From: an uncultured Prevotellaceae bacterium
Lineage (GTDB): Bacteria; Bacteroidota; Bacteroidia; Bacteroidales; Bacteroidaceae
DNA: 64,000 bases
Assembly (NCBI GenBank): GCA_902784615.1
Contig: CACZVN010000002.1
Coordinates: 31,321 to 95,320, forward strand
Direction: 5' to 3'
Positions 1 to 8,945 of the stretch are shown one piece after another. How positions within the stretch are numbered: position 1 is the stretch's first letter; each line of letters opens with the position of its first letter. Made by a program: the position numbers and the translations under genes. Below the pieces are notes generated by a model, which was given only the letters and a program-made list of their open reading frames with translations, had not been told where the DNA came from and did not search any database.

Positions 1-850
1 CAGGACGACCATTGGTCTCACCAATGATATTATAGTTCTGCGAGCCGAGTTCCACTTTGGCGATATCGCCAATGCGCAGCACGTCACCATCAGGCAGCGA
101 ACGGATCACGAGATTCTCGTAGCCCTGCTCATCCTCGTAGCGCCCCCGATATTTCAGCACATACTGGAAGGTGTTCTGACTCTCAGCACCCAACGTACCA
201 GTAGCCACCTCGACATTCTGCTCACTGAGCACCTGGGTGATGTCATTAGGTGTCAAACCATAACGCGCCATCTTCAACGGATCGAGCCAGATGCGCATCG
301 AATAGTCGGCACCCATCACATTCACCTCACCCACCCCAGGGATACGGCTCAGTCGCGGTTCGATATTGATCTTCGTATAGTTGGCCAAGAACGCACGGTC
401 GAAGGTACTGTCAGGACTATAGACGGCGATCTGCTTGATGTTCGACGTCTGGCGCTTGCGCACGGTGATACCACTCTTCACCACGTCACTGGGCAGACGG
501 CCCTGAACAGTGGCAGCACGGTTCTGCACATTTACCATCGCCATATCAGGATCAGTGCCCTGACGGAAGAAGATACCGATAGAGGCCGTACCGTTGTTCG
601 AGGCCGAGGAGGTCATATACATCATGCCCTCCACACCGTTGATGGCTTCCTCGAGAGGCACCACCACACTCTTCTGCACCGTCTCAGCATTGGCACCCGT
701 GTAACTGGCCATGATACGCACAGTGGGAGGCGCTATCTCTGGGAACTGCTCCAGCGCCAACTGACTCAGTCCGATGATGCCCACCAGCACCATCAGCACC
801 GAAATCACGCCTGAAAGAATCGGCCTGTCTATAAATGTCCGTACGTTCAT
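1..850 (-). CDS. RND efflux permease (AcrB/HAE1 family), 5' part only; runs off the window edge
   Basis: Manual translation from ATG at 850 gives MNVRTFIDRPILSGVISVLM...LEQFPEIAPPTV, a typical AcrB N-terminus. ATGA overlap with the upstream adaptor gene. Confidence 0.92.
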   Translation of the reverse strand, partial: MNVRTFIDRPILSGVISVLMVLVGIIGLSQLALEQFPEIAPPTVRIMASYTGANAETVQKSVVVPLEEAINGVEGMMYMTSSASNNGTASIGIFFRQGTDPDMAMVNVQNRAATVQGRLPSDVVKSGITVRKRQTSNIKQIAVYSPDSTFDRAFLANYTKINIEPRLSRIPGVGEVNVMGADYSMRIWLDPLKMARYGLTPNDITQVLSEQNVEVATGTLGAESQNTFQYVLKYRGRYEDEQGYENLVIRSLPDGDVLRIGDIAKVELGSQNYNIIGETNGRP

Positions 851-1950
851 TTCTTTATCTCAATGCCATCTTTCAACAATCCTGCGCCCTCAGCAATGAT
901 CACATCGCCCTCGTTCAGTCCCTGCTCGACAATATACTCCTTTCCGTTGTTCAGACGGAACACCTCGATGGGTGTGGCTTTCGTCTTGCCATCGATGACG
1001 CGATAGACGAACACGCGGTTCTGCAGTTCGTAGGTGGCCTCCTGAGGGATAACGATGCAATTGTTACGATGGGTGGAGACCACCACACTACCACTGCCAC
1101 CATTATGTAATAGGTGGTTCTCGTTTGGGAAGGTGGCGCGCAGACTCACGGCACCCGTCGCTGCATCCACCGTACCACTGACGGCGTTGATATGTCCTTT
1201 CTGCGGATAGGTGCTGCCGTTGCTCAAGCGAAGTTCCACCTCTGGGGCCTGCTTGATGAACTGTTCGATGCTGCCATACTGTTGGATGAGGTCGATGGTC
1301 TGATTTTCCGTCACAGAGAAATAGGCGTACATCTCATGGTCGTCGGCCACCGTCACCAGCGGCTCACTGATATTGCTGCTCACAAGGGCACCCACATGGT
1401 AGGGAATCATCGAAGCCGAACCACTCACAGGGCTCTTCACCACCGTATAACTGAGGTTATTGCGGGCGTTCAACTCCTGAGCCTTGGCCTGTGCCAGTGC
1501 GGCCTTCGCCTCGTTCAGGGTGTTCTGCGAAGTCCGTACGGTATAGTCACTCACTACCTGTTCGTTTTTCAGCGTCTGACTGCTCTCATATTCCATCTGT
1601 GCCGTCTCCAACTTGGCCTGGGCAGTCGCCACACTAGCCTTAGCCACCTCCAAAGCAGCCTGATAAGGCACCTGGTCGATGATAAACAAGGTCTGTCCCT
1701 TGGTCACCATCTGCCCCTCGTTGATGCAAATACGGGTGATATTGCCTGACACCTGCGGACGTATCTCCACAATCTGACGGCCCGTCAGTCGTGCCGAGTA
1801 TTCCGAAGTCAGTATCTGGTCGCTGCGCTGAACAGTCAACGTCTTGTATTGGGCTTGGTCACCACTACCCTTCTTCCCACCTCCAGAACTACAGGCGGTC
1901 AACAGCAGACAGGTAACAAACAGTATCCAAATGAGTCCTTTAGTTTTCAT
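847..1950 (-). CDS. RND efflux periplasmic adaptor (MFP) lipoprotein
   Basis: Lipobox LTAC, the motif EIRPQVSG and a helical hairpin; translationally coupled to the AcrB-like gene. Confidence 0.93.
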   Translation of the reverse strand: MKTKGLIWILFVTCLLLTACSSGGGKKGSGDQAQYKTLTVQRSDQILTSEYSARLTGRQIVEIRPQVSGNITRICINEGQMVTKGQTLFIIDQVPYQAALEVAKASVATAQAKLETAQMEYESSQTLKNEQVVSDYTVRTSQNTLNEAKAALAQAKAQELNARNNLSYTVVKSPVSGSASMIPYHVGALVSSNISEPLVTVADDHEMYAYFSVTENQTIDLIQQYGSIEQFIKQAPEVELRLSNGSTYPQKGHINAVSGTVDAATGAVSLRATFPNENHLLHNGGSGSVVVSTHRNNCIVIPQEATYELQNRVFVYRVIDGKTKATPIEVFRLNNGKEYIVEQGLNEGDVIIAEGAGLLKDGIEIKK

Positions 1951-2111
1951 ATCGTCACATTTTGGCTACAAAGTTACGACTTTTCTCCCAAAGACAGCGA
2001 TTATAAGTCATAAAAGAAGTGAATTGTACTTATGTTTTCATAGAAAGTAAGTTTTTTTTATTTGCATGTGAAAGGTGTGAAAAATATTTCTGAGAAAGAT
2101 ATTAAAAAAAG

Positions 2112-2520
2112 GCTCAACTATACACTAATTATTATATTTATCTAAGTATCAGTGGTTTATATTGTGTATAGATGTCATTTATTATTGGTAAACTATTCAC
2201 TATCTTTCGTATTTCTTGACATCTTCAGCATTAATATTATGGTAACTTATTGGTTCTAAGGCTGTTTCATTATAACAAAAGTAGTTGGAACAATCCGTTT
2301 CTGTGCTAGAAACAAAGTGTTTCAAAGGCAGAGACAAAGTGTTCCAAAGGCAGAAACAATGTTGGAACACTTTTCACTTGAGTAATAGCAGGGCCCTACA
2401 TTCTAAAATATGTAAAGTTATTTGGCATTTAGTGTATAGTTGGCCACATGAAAAAGGCCTCTATACACCATCTAAATATCTATAATACAGAGGGTTATCT
2501 ATGTTAGTGTATAGTTGGGC
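2112..2520. repeat. AT-rich non-coding element bounded by 17-bp imperfect inverted repeats, with internal ~22-bp tandem repeats
   Basis: gctcaactatacactaa (2112-2128) vs ttagtgtatagttgggc (2504-2520), one mismatch. A second copy of ttagtgtatagttgg lies at 2429-2443. About three agaaacaaagtgtttcaaaggc-like units at ~2307-2370. Confidence 0.6.
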
Positions 2521-2575
2521 ATATTTTTAGTTATTTTTCATCAAGAAATAATACAACGATGCAACCTAAACGCAA

Positions 2576-2603
2576 AGAGGTTAGCAACAACTTGCCAACC
2601 TCT
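2576..2603 (-). terminator. Probable intrinsic terminator
   Basis: agaggttagcaa / ttgccaacctct hairpin downstream of the minus-strand genes. Confidence 0.55.
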
Positions 2604-2723
2604 CTATAAGTCGCTTATTATCAAGACTTTTACCCGCTTCGTCATGTGACTCACATTGGGCAGGCACGCCGTGAGGTTCTTTATGTTAGGGGTTAAGCCT
2701 CAACACCTCGAATACTCATACTC

Positions 2724-3210
2724 TCAATCGAATACAATTGAGATCGTTTCTTCAAACTCAGCCAACAATTCTTCCAACCGTGGATTGTCCTTACGTGAGA
2801 ACAAGGCGGTAAAGTTCTTTTTTCCATCAAGTTTGCCCTCAGCCGTTCGGATGATATAGCGGTCACGATGCTCATAGTTATTGAACCAGCGGATGAACAG
2901 TCTGTTGCGCAAGCCTTCTTTCTCGTCACCTGTTTCACACAGGTAAAGCATCACCTCATTGCCATTGACAGAGAAGAACTCCTCAATGATAGCGAAAACA
3001 GTCAGTCTGGCGGAGTTTCATGTCTCCTGGTGAGCGACCTGCCCCCTCGACGTTGATGCAGAACTGATATCCTCCGCTCATCACGAACGAGTATTCAAGC
3101 ATAAAAGTGATGGTGTACTTAAGACCGAAGTCCGTTTCAAAATAGAAGGAATAACTATTATCTTCCTTGTGCCTTACTCCATAAGGAGCGTGGCTGTTAA
3201 TGTTTTCCAA
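2724..3210 (-). pseudogene. DUF6169-like protein split by a frameshift
   Basis: The two ORFs (2983-3210 and 2724-2954) join into one frame (...KLRQTVFAIIEEFFSVNGNEVMLYLCETGD...RNRLFIRWF) if one copy of the tandem 4-mer cagtcagt at 2999-3006 is removed. Family call is from remembered motifs. Confidence 0.75.
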
Positions 3211-3249
3211 ACTAATGTGTTCATAGTAAGAAAAGGCTTTTGAGATTTA

Positions 3250-3408
3250 CTAACCGAATACGTAAATATCCTCTACTTTCAACTCTCCGTTTCGAATCAT
3301 CTCAAACTCCTTGTTGGTCTGTTCGATCCACTCTTTCTTCCTACGAATCGTCTCTCTGACAGCGGCTCTCGCCTCTTCGCGTGTTCTTTTTCTTTTTACT
3401 GTTTCCAT
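3250..3408 (-). CDS. Small basic hypothetical protein, 52 aa (not in the ORF track)
   Basis: METVKKRKRTREEARAAVRETIRRKKEWIEQTNKEFEMIRNGELKVEDIYVFG*; a TATCTTTG -7 box lies at ~3442-3449 upstream. Confidence 0.65.
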   Translation of the reverse strand: METVKRKRTREEARAAVRETIRRKKEWIEQTNKEFEMIRNGELKVEDIYVFG

Positions 3409-4009
3409 ATCGATTTTTGGGTTTTAAATGAATAATCGGTGCAAAGATAAGATGTTTTTCTGAACTTTGCAAATAATACGTTAAGAATTTGCTGACTAAA
3501 TAACTATCTTGCCACCACCTGGGCCAAAGACTCACATTGACGACCAACAACGGATGATGGAGCACAAAGTTAAGGATTTCCACCTCGTCGTTTTTCTGCA
3601 ACTTGCTGTTCTCGCTGTCAGTCACACGATAGCGGCTATCACCAAGATACTTTAATGTGAGCCGACGGTCTGGGAGATAGGTGATTTCCACATTTGCTCC
3701 AGGCTGCAAATCAGCAGAGCGGACTTCATCGTCAGGAGTGTCAAAGTCGGAATTGCCATTATCCTCTATCTTTGACAGTTCGTCCCAGTGGGCATAGCCA
3801 AGATAACGGGCTATGGCATCAAGCGTACTTGTATGGGGAGTTCGTTCATCCTGCGCAAATCCTATAAGCCGCTTCAAAGTCGTAGCACCAATGCGCACTC
3901 CTGTCTTGCTCTCAATATCAAGCGACAGATATTCACAGTCAGAGGGCAGCCGCAACTCATTGCCAGACTTGCGCTTCAACAGTTGTATGATATGAAATGG
4001 TAGTGTCAC
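3341..4009 (-). CDS. Hypothetical protein with putative N-terminal HTH-like region; C-terminus probably disrupted near 3530
   Basis: IGATTLKRLIG...STLDAIARYLGY motif; GTGA overlap with the sstT stop. The last ~60 codons read through the next gene's promoter and start. Confidence 0.6.
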   Translation of the reverse strand: MTLPFHIIQLLKRKSGNELRLPSDCEYLSLDIESKTGVRIGATTLKRLIGFAQDERTPHTSTLDAIARYLGYAHWDELSKIEDNGNSDFDTPDDEVRSADLQPGANVEITYLPDRRLTLKYLGDSRYRVTDSENSKLQKNDEVEILNFVLHHPLLVVNVSLWPRWWQDSYLVSKFLTYYLQSSEKHLIFAPIIHLKPKNRYGNSKKKKNTRRGESRCQRDDS

Positions 4010-5229
4010 GCCTTTTCTTTCTTCCTTCTGTCGTAATACTCGGCAGAGGCGGTGAAGAAGACATCACCACTGGAGTTGAGGGCGGTCTCGACACTATCCT
4101 GTACAACACCAATAATGAATCCAACAGCAACAGCCTGCATGGCGACATCATTGCCAATGCCGAAGAATGAACAGGCCATGGGGATGAGCAGCAATGATCC
4201 TCCTGCCACACCAGAAGCACCACAGGCTCCCAACGTTGCAATGATGCTGAGGAAGATGGCAGAGGCGAAGCTTACATCGACACCCATCGTGTGGGCAACG
4301 GCAAGCGTCATCACTGTAATAGTGACTGCTGCGCCATCCATATTGATCGTTGCACCAAGGGGGATACTCACAGAATAGAAGTCCTCGTCGAGCCCCAACT
4401 TCCTACAAAGATTCATATTAATAGGTATGTTGGCTGCTGACGAACGGGTGAAGAAGGCGTTGAGACCACTCTCCTTCAGACAGGTGAACAGCAACGGATA
4501 AGGATTACGCTTCAGCATCAAGAAAGAGATCAACGGATTGAATATGAGCGTATTGGCCAGCATGCAGCCTACGAGCAACAAGAGCAGATGGCCGTAGGTG
4601 GTGAAAATCTCCAAACCACTGACAGATACTGACGAGAACACAAGGCCGAGAATACCGAAAGGCGCAAACTGGATAACCCACTTCACCGTCTGGGCGATGA
4701 CATCGGCAAAGTCGCTCACCACGTCGATGGTTTTCTGGCTTGCTTTCAACTTCAAGGCGACACCAATCAGGATAGCCCAGAAAAGAATGCCGATATAGTT
4801 GGCGGTGGAAACAGACATCAGGGGATTAGTGACCATATTCGTCAGCAGGTTCGTGAACACATCGGAAAGGGCACCTGGTGCGGCCCCCTCTGCCACATCG
4901 GCCAAGTCGAGGGTGACAGGGAAAAGGAAACTGCCCACCACTGCACAGCAAGCAGCAATAAACGTGCTCAGCAGATAACGGGAAATCACGGTACGGAACC
5001 TGGGACCCAATCCTCCCCCTGCCTTGGAGATACTTGATGCCACGAGAACAGCCACCAACACAGGGGCAATGGCTTTCAGCGCACTGACAAACACTTGGCC
5101 AAGGATGGCGATAGCCGTCCACTCAGGAACGATCAGCCCCAATATAGCACCAATCACCAGACCTATAAAAATACGGAGCACCAGACTCGTATCGGCCCAT
5201 TTCTTTAAAAAGGATGTTAGTATATTCAT
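4006..5229 (-). CDS. sstT: Serine/threonine:Na+ symporter SstT (DAACS family)
   Basis: FFTRSSAANIP, GATINMDGAA, GASGVAGGSLLLIP and ETALNSS motifs. Confidence 0.93.
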   Translation of the reverse strand: MNILTSFLKKWADTSLVLRIFIGLVIGAILGLIVPEWTAIAILGQVFVSALKAIAPVLVAVLVASSISKAGGGLGPRFRTVISRYLLSTFIAACCAVVGSFLFPVTLDLADVAEGAAPGALSDVFTNLLTNMVTNPLMSVSTANYIGILFWAILIGVALKLKASQKTIDVVSDFADVIAQTVKWVIQFAPFGILGLVFSSVSVSGLEIFTTYGHLLLLLVGCMLANTLIFNPLISFLMLKRNPYPLLFTCLKESGLNAFFTRSSAANIPINMNLCRKLGLDEDFYSVSIPLGATINMDGAAVTITVMTLAVAHTMGVDVSFASAIFLSIIATLGACGASGVAGGSLLLIPMACSFFGIGNDVAMQAVAVGFIIGVVQDSVETALNSSGDVFFTASAEYYDRRKKEKA

Positions 5230-5276
5230 AGATGTCAGTATATTTATATTGATGGCAAAGATAGTAAAAATATAGT

Positions 5277-5312
5277 GAATGGCAAAATAAATCGAGATTT
5301 ATTTTGCCATTC
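5277..5312. terminator. Perfect hairpin (17-bp arms) right after the P-type ATPase gene
   Basis: gaatggcaaaataaatc-ga-gatttattttgccattc. Confidence 0.55.
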
Positions 5313-5314
5313 TC

Positions 5315-7327
5315 CTAAACCCTCAGGGCACGCATGGCGTTGAGGACAGCGAGGACGGTGACACCCACATCAGCGAAGACGGCCAGCCACATGGTGGCAA
5401 TGCCTAAGGCTGCAAGGATAAGAACGGCCACCTTGACGCCAATAGCGAACCAGACGTTCTGACGAGCGATTGACAAGGTGCGACGGGCAATACGGATGGC
5501 GAGGGCAATCTTCGAGGGTTTATCGTCCATCAGCACCACATCGGCAGCCTCAATGGCAGCATCAGAGCCCAAGCCTCCCATGGCGATACCCACATCAGCA
5601 CGAGCCAGCACAGGGGCATCGTTGATACCATCACCCACAAAGGCGAGATAACGACCTTCGGCCTTCTCTGAAAGCAGGCGCTCCACATGGGAGACCTTGT
5701 CTGCTGGCAAGAGTTCGGCATGGTATTCTGAGAGGTGAAGTGTATGAGCGACATGTTCGCCCACCTCCTTACGATCACCCGTGAGCATCACCGTCTTGGC
5801 GACACCAAGGCTCGTCAAACTGGCTATGGCTTCAGCACTGTCGTCTTTGATCTTGTCGTTGATGACAATGTGACCAGCATATTCGCCATTGATAGCCACA
5901 TGGATGATGGTTCCCACATGATGGCAGTCGTGCCATTTCGCGCCCACTGCATCCATCATCTTCGTATTACCCACACAGACGATGCTCTGTTCGTCCGAAT
6001 TTGCAATTTGGACTTTCGCACGGATGCCATGACCCGCAATCTCCTCGACATCGCTAATCATACAACCATCCGTAGCCTCATCTGGGAAGGCATCGCGCAA
6101 GGCTGCACCTATGGGATGAGTGGAGAAATGCTCGACATGAGCAGCGAGGTGGAGCAACTGATGTTCGCTGCAAGTGTCAGGATGGACAGCCGTCACTGCA
6201 AACTGCCCATGAGTCAGTGTGCCAGTCTTGTCGAAGACCACCGTACCCACCTTTGCCAGCACATCCATATAGTTGGAGCCCTTCACTAAGATACCATTAC
6301 GCGAGGCACCACCAATACCTCCGAAAAAGGTAAGTGGCACACTGATGACCAGGGCACAGGGACAACTAACCACCAAGAACATCAGAGCACGATATAACGC
6401 TACGCTAATTGATAATTGATAATTGAAAATGGATAATATGAAAGGGGAGAGTGCAAGAGCGAGGGCGAGGAATACCACCACGGGCGTATAGATTCTGGCG
6501 AAACGCGTGATGAAGGCCTCGCTCTTCGACTTGTTCTCGCCTGCATTCTCCACCAGACGGATAATCTTGGAGACGGTACTCTCACCAAAGGGTTTGGTGG
6601 TACGCACCCTGACGACACCAGAGAGATTGACACAACCAGAGATGATCTCGTCGCCTTCATTCACATCACGAGGCAGGGTCTCACCTGTCAGGGCTACAGT
6701 ATTCAGAGAGGTAGAACCCTCGATGACCACACCATCCAATGGCACTTTCTCACCTGGCTTGATAATTATCACAGAGCCCACTTCCACCTCCTCAGGCGCG
6801 ACATCAGCAAACTGTCCCTCTGTTATGACATGCGCCACATCTGGGCGGATGTTCATCAGATGGGCGATGCTGGCACGGCTTTTCCCCTCGGCGTAACCCT
6901 CGAAGAGTTCGCCCACCTGGAAGAACAGCATCACGAAGACAGCCTCAGGAAACTCCGTCTCAGCGCCAGGCAGGAAACCAATACAGAGGGCACCTATCGT
7001 GGCGACAGACATCAGGAAATGCTCATTGAAGGCATCGCCATGAAGGATGCCCTCAATAGCCTCTTTCAGTGTGTCGTGGCCTATTAATAAATAAGGTACG
7101 AGATAGACAAGTAGCAGTTGCCACTTGTTTAATGGATAATTGATAATGGATAATGGATAATGCTCAATGAGCACAGCGGCTATCAGCAAGACAACGGTGA
7201 TACCAATGAGCCAGAGCTGTTTCTTCAAACTATGCTCATGATGGTGGTGTTCATGTCCTTCGTGCTCGTGATGATGCTCATGCGAGCAAGTCTCGCAATG
7301 ATGATCGTGTTCATGTAAATGTGCCAT
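5315..7327 (-). CDS. cadA: Heavy-metal (Zn/Cd) translocating P1B-type ATPase with His-rich N-terminus
   Basis: TGE, SCPCAL, DKTGTLT and GDGINDAP motifs. Confidence 0.93.
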   Translation of the reverse strand: MAHLHEHDHHCETCSHEHHHEHEGHEHHHHEHSLKKQLWLIGITVVLLIAAVLIEHYPLSIINYPLNKWQLLLVYLVPYLLIGHDTLKEAIEGILHGDAFNEHFLMSVATIGALCIGFLPGAETEFPEAVFVMLFFQVGELFEGYAEGKSRASIAHLMNIRPDVAHVITEGQFADVAPEEVEVGSVIIIKPGEKVPLDGVVIEGSTSLNTVALTGETLPRDVNEGDEIISGCVNLSGVVRVRTTKPFGESTVSKIIRLVENAGENKSKSEAFITRFARIYTPVVVFLALALALSPFILSIFNYQLSISVALYRALMFLVVSCPCALVISVPLTFFGGIGGASRNGILVKGSNYMDVLAKVGTVVFDKTGTLTHGQFAVTAVHPDTCSEHQLLHLAAHVEHFSTHPIGAALRDAFPDEATDGCMISDVEEIAGHGIRAKVQIANSDEQSIVCVGNTKMMDAVGAKWHDCHHVGTIIHVAINGEYAGHIVINDKIKDDSAEAIASLTSLGVAKTVMLTGDRKEVGEHVAHTLHLSEYHAELLPADKVSHVERLLSEKAEGRYLAFVGDGINDAPVLARADVGIAMGGLGSDAAIEAADVVLMDDKPSKIALAIRIARRTLSIARQNVWFAIGVKVAVLILAALGIATMWLAVFADVGVTVLAVLNAMRALRV

Positions 7328-7376
7328 ATCTTTGCAGTTGTTTTGATTTCACGCTGCAAAGGTACGGCACATTTTC

Positions 7377-7391
7377 TGCAATCGGGTTGCA
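7377..7391. promoter_or_regulatory. Candidate operator palindrome in the ATPase promoter
   Basis: tgcaat-cgg-gttgca, just upstream of the TACCTTTG -7 box at ~7357-7364. Confidence 0.4.
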
Positions 7392-7393
7392 AA

Positions 7394-8914
7394 CTACTTA
7401 TAGCACTCGAAAATATTCTCGACAGTCTGTTCTGGCAACCTCTTGGTAAAGAGACTTACGATCCATACCACAGGGAAGCCACCCACCATGGCGATAGCAC
7501 CACAGTTGATCGGATTAATCGGATTACCTGCCAACATATTGATGACAGTCAGTCCCACGCCCCAGATAAAGCAAGCCCAGACAGAGGCGGTGGTCACCTT
7601 CTTCCAATAGAGTCCCAACATAAACGGTGCGAGGAAGGCACCAGCCAGAGCACCCCAAGAGATACCCATCAACTGAGCAATGAACGTGGGCGGATTCAGG
7701 GCAATGAGCAGTGAGATCACGATGAAGAACATGATGAGCACACGCATCACCACCACCTTACGACGCTCGATCTTCTCAGCCACGATATCATCGATGGTAC
7801 CATCTTCCACCTCACCAGGCAGGGATTTCTTATCACGATAGATCAGGTCGAGGGTCATCGTACTCGAAGAGGTGAGCACCAGAGAGGCCAGCGTGGACAT
7901 AGAGGCTGAGAGCACCAGCAACACCACCAGGGCGATCAGCACATCAGGCAGGGTAACGAGCATGGCAGGCACGATAGAGTCGAAGGCTATCTTACCATTA
8001 GCGCCGATCACAGGCTCATAGAGACGGCCGAAGCCACCTAAGAAATAACAGCCACCAGCCACGATAAAGGCGAAGATGGTAGAGATGACCGTACCACGCT
8101 TGATGGCACTCTCGTCTGTGATCGAATAGAACTTACCCACCATCTGGGGCAGTCCCATCGTACCCAGTGAGGTCAGGATCACCACACCTAACAATCCCCA
8201 GGGATCGGGTCCGAACCAAGAGGCAAAACCACCATTCACCGACGGGTCAGCATCAGAAGGGATGGTTGCAAGTTTCTCGACTGCTGTAGCCAGTCCGCCC
8301 TGTGCATTCAACACAGCCAGGATGACAGCCACGATACCAAACAGCATGATGATACCCTGAATGAAGTCGTTCATAGCCGTAGCCTTGTAACCACCGATGA
8401 TTACATACACAGCCGTGAGAATCGACATGATGATGACACAATACTCGTAAGGAATCTCAAAGCCCATCTCAAAAAGTCGCGAGATACCACTATACACACC
8501 AGCGGTATAGGGAATCAGGAACACGAAGGCGATGACGGAAGCCACCACACGCAACCCCTGATCATTGAAACGCGTACCAAAGAAATCTGGCATCGTACGA
8601 CTCTCAATATGCTGCGTCATCAGTTTGGTGCGACGACCTAAGATGATCCACGCCAGCAAAGAACCAATAATGGCATTGCCAATACCAATCCACGCAGACG
8701 AAAGACCATACTTCCATCCGAACTGTCCTGCGTAGCCCACAAAGACCACTGCTGAGAAATAAGAGGTTCCAAAGGCAAAGGCTGTGAGCCAGGGACCCAC
8801 GGCACGTCCACCTAATACAAATCCGTCAACACTACTGGCCTGCTTGCGTGAATACAGTCCAACGCCTACCATCACGACCAGGAAAATGATGGTTAAAAGA
8901 ACTTTTATAATCAT
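7394..8914 (-). CDS. Sodium:solute symporter (SSS; PutP/PanF-like)
   Basis: Multi-TM protein with FVLGGR, SAVVFVGYAG and SASMSTLAS motifs. Confidence 0.9.
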   Translation of the reverse strand: MIIKVLLTIIFLVVMVGVGLYSRKQASSVDGFVLGGRAVGPWLTAFAFGTSYFSAVVFVGYAGQFGWKYGLSSAWIGIGNAIIGSLLAWIILGRRTKLMTQHIESRTMPDFFGTRFNDQGLRVVASVIAFVFLIPYTAGVYSGISRLFEMGFEIPYEYCVIIMSILTAVYVIIGGYKATAMNDFIQGIIMLFGIVAVILAVLNAQGGLATAVEKLATIPSDADPSVNGGFASWFGPDPWGLLGVVILTSLGTMGLPQMVGKFYSITDESAIKRGTVISTIFAFIVAGGCYFLGGFGRLYEPVIGANGKIAFDSIVPAMLVTLPDVLIALVVLLVLSASMSTLASLVLTSSSTMTLDLIYRDKKSLPGEVEDGTIDDIVAEKIERRKVVVMRVLIMFFIVISLLIALNPPTFIAQLMGISWGALAGAFLAPFMLGLYWKKVTTASVWACFIWGVGLTVINMLAGNPINPINCGAIAMVGGFPVVWIVSLFTKRLPEQTVENIFECYK

Positions 8915-8945
8915 TTTTAATGTTTAATCTTTAATGGTTAATGTA

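Noticed and set aside
2300-2372. 22-bp repeats as a possible CRISPR array
   Set aside because: The units abut with no unique spacers, there are only about three degenerate copies, and no cas genes are present.
2285-2485. 66-aa ORF within the repeat element
   Set aside because: TTG start and it translates the tandem repeat; no coding support.
5213-5248. 18-bp imperfect tandem duplication spanning the sstT start
   Set aside because: A local duplication with no evident functional effect; the ORF is intact.
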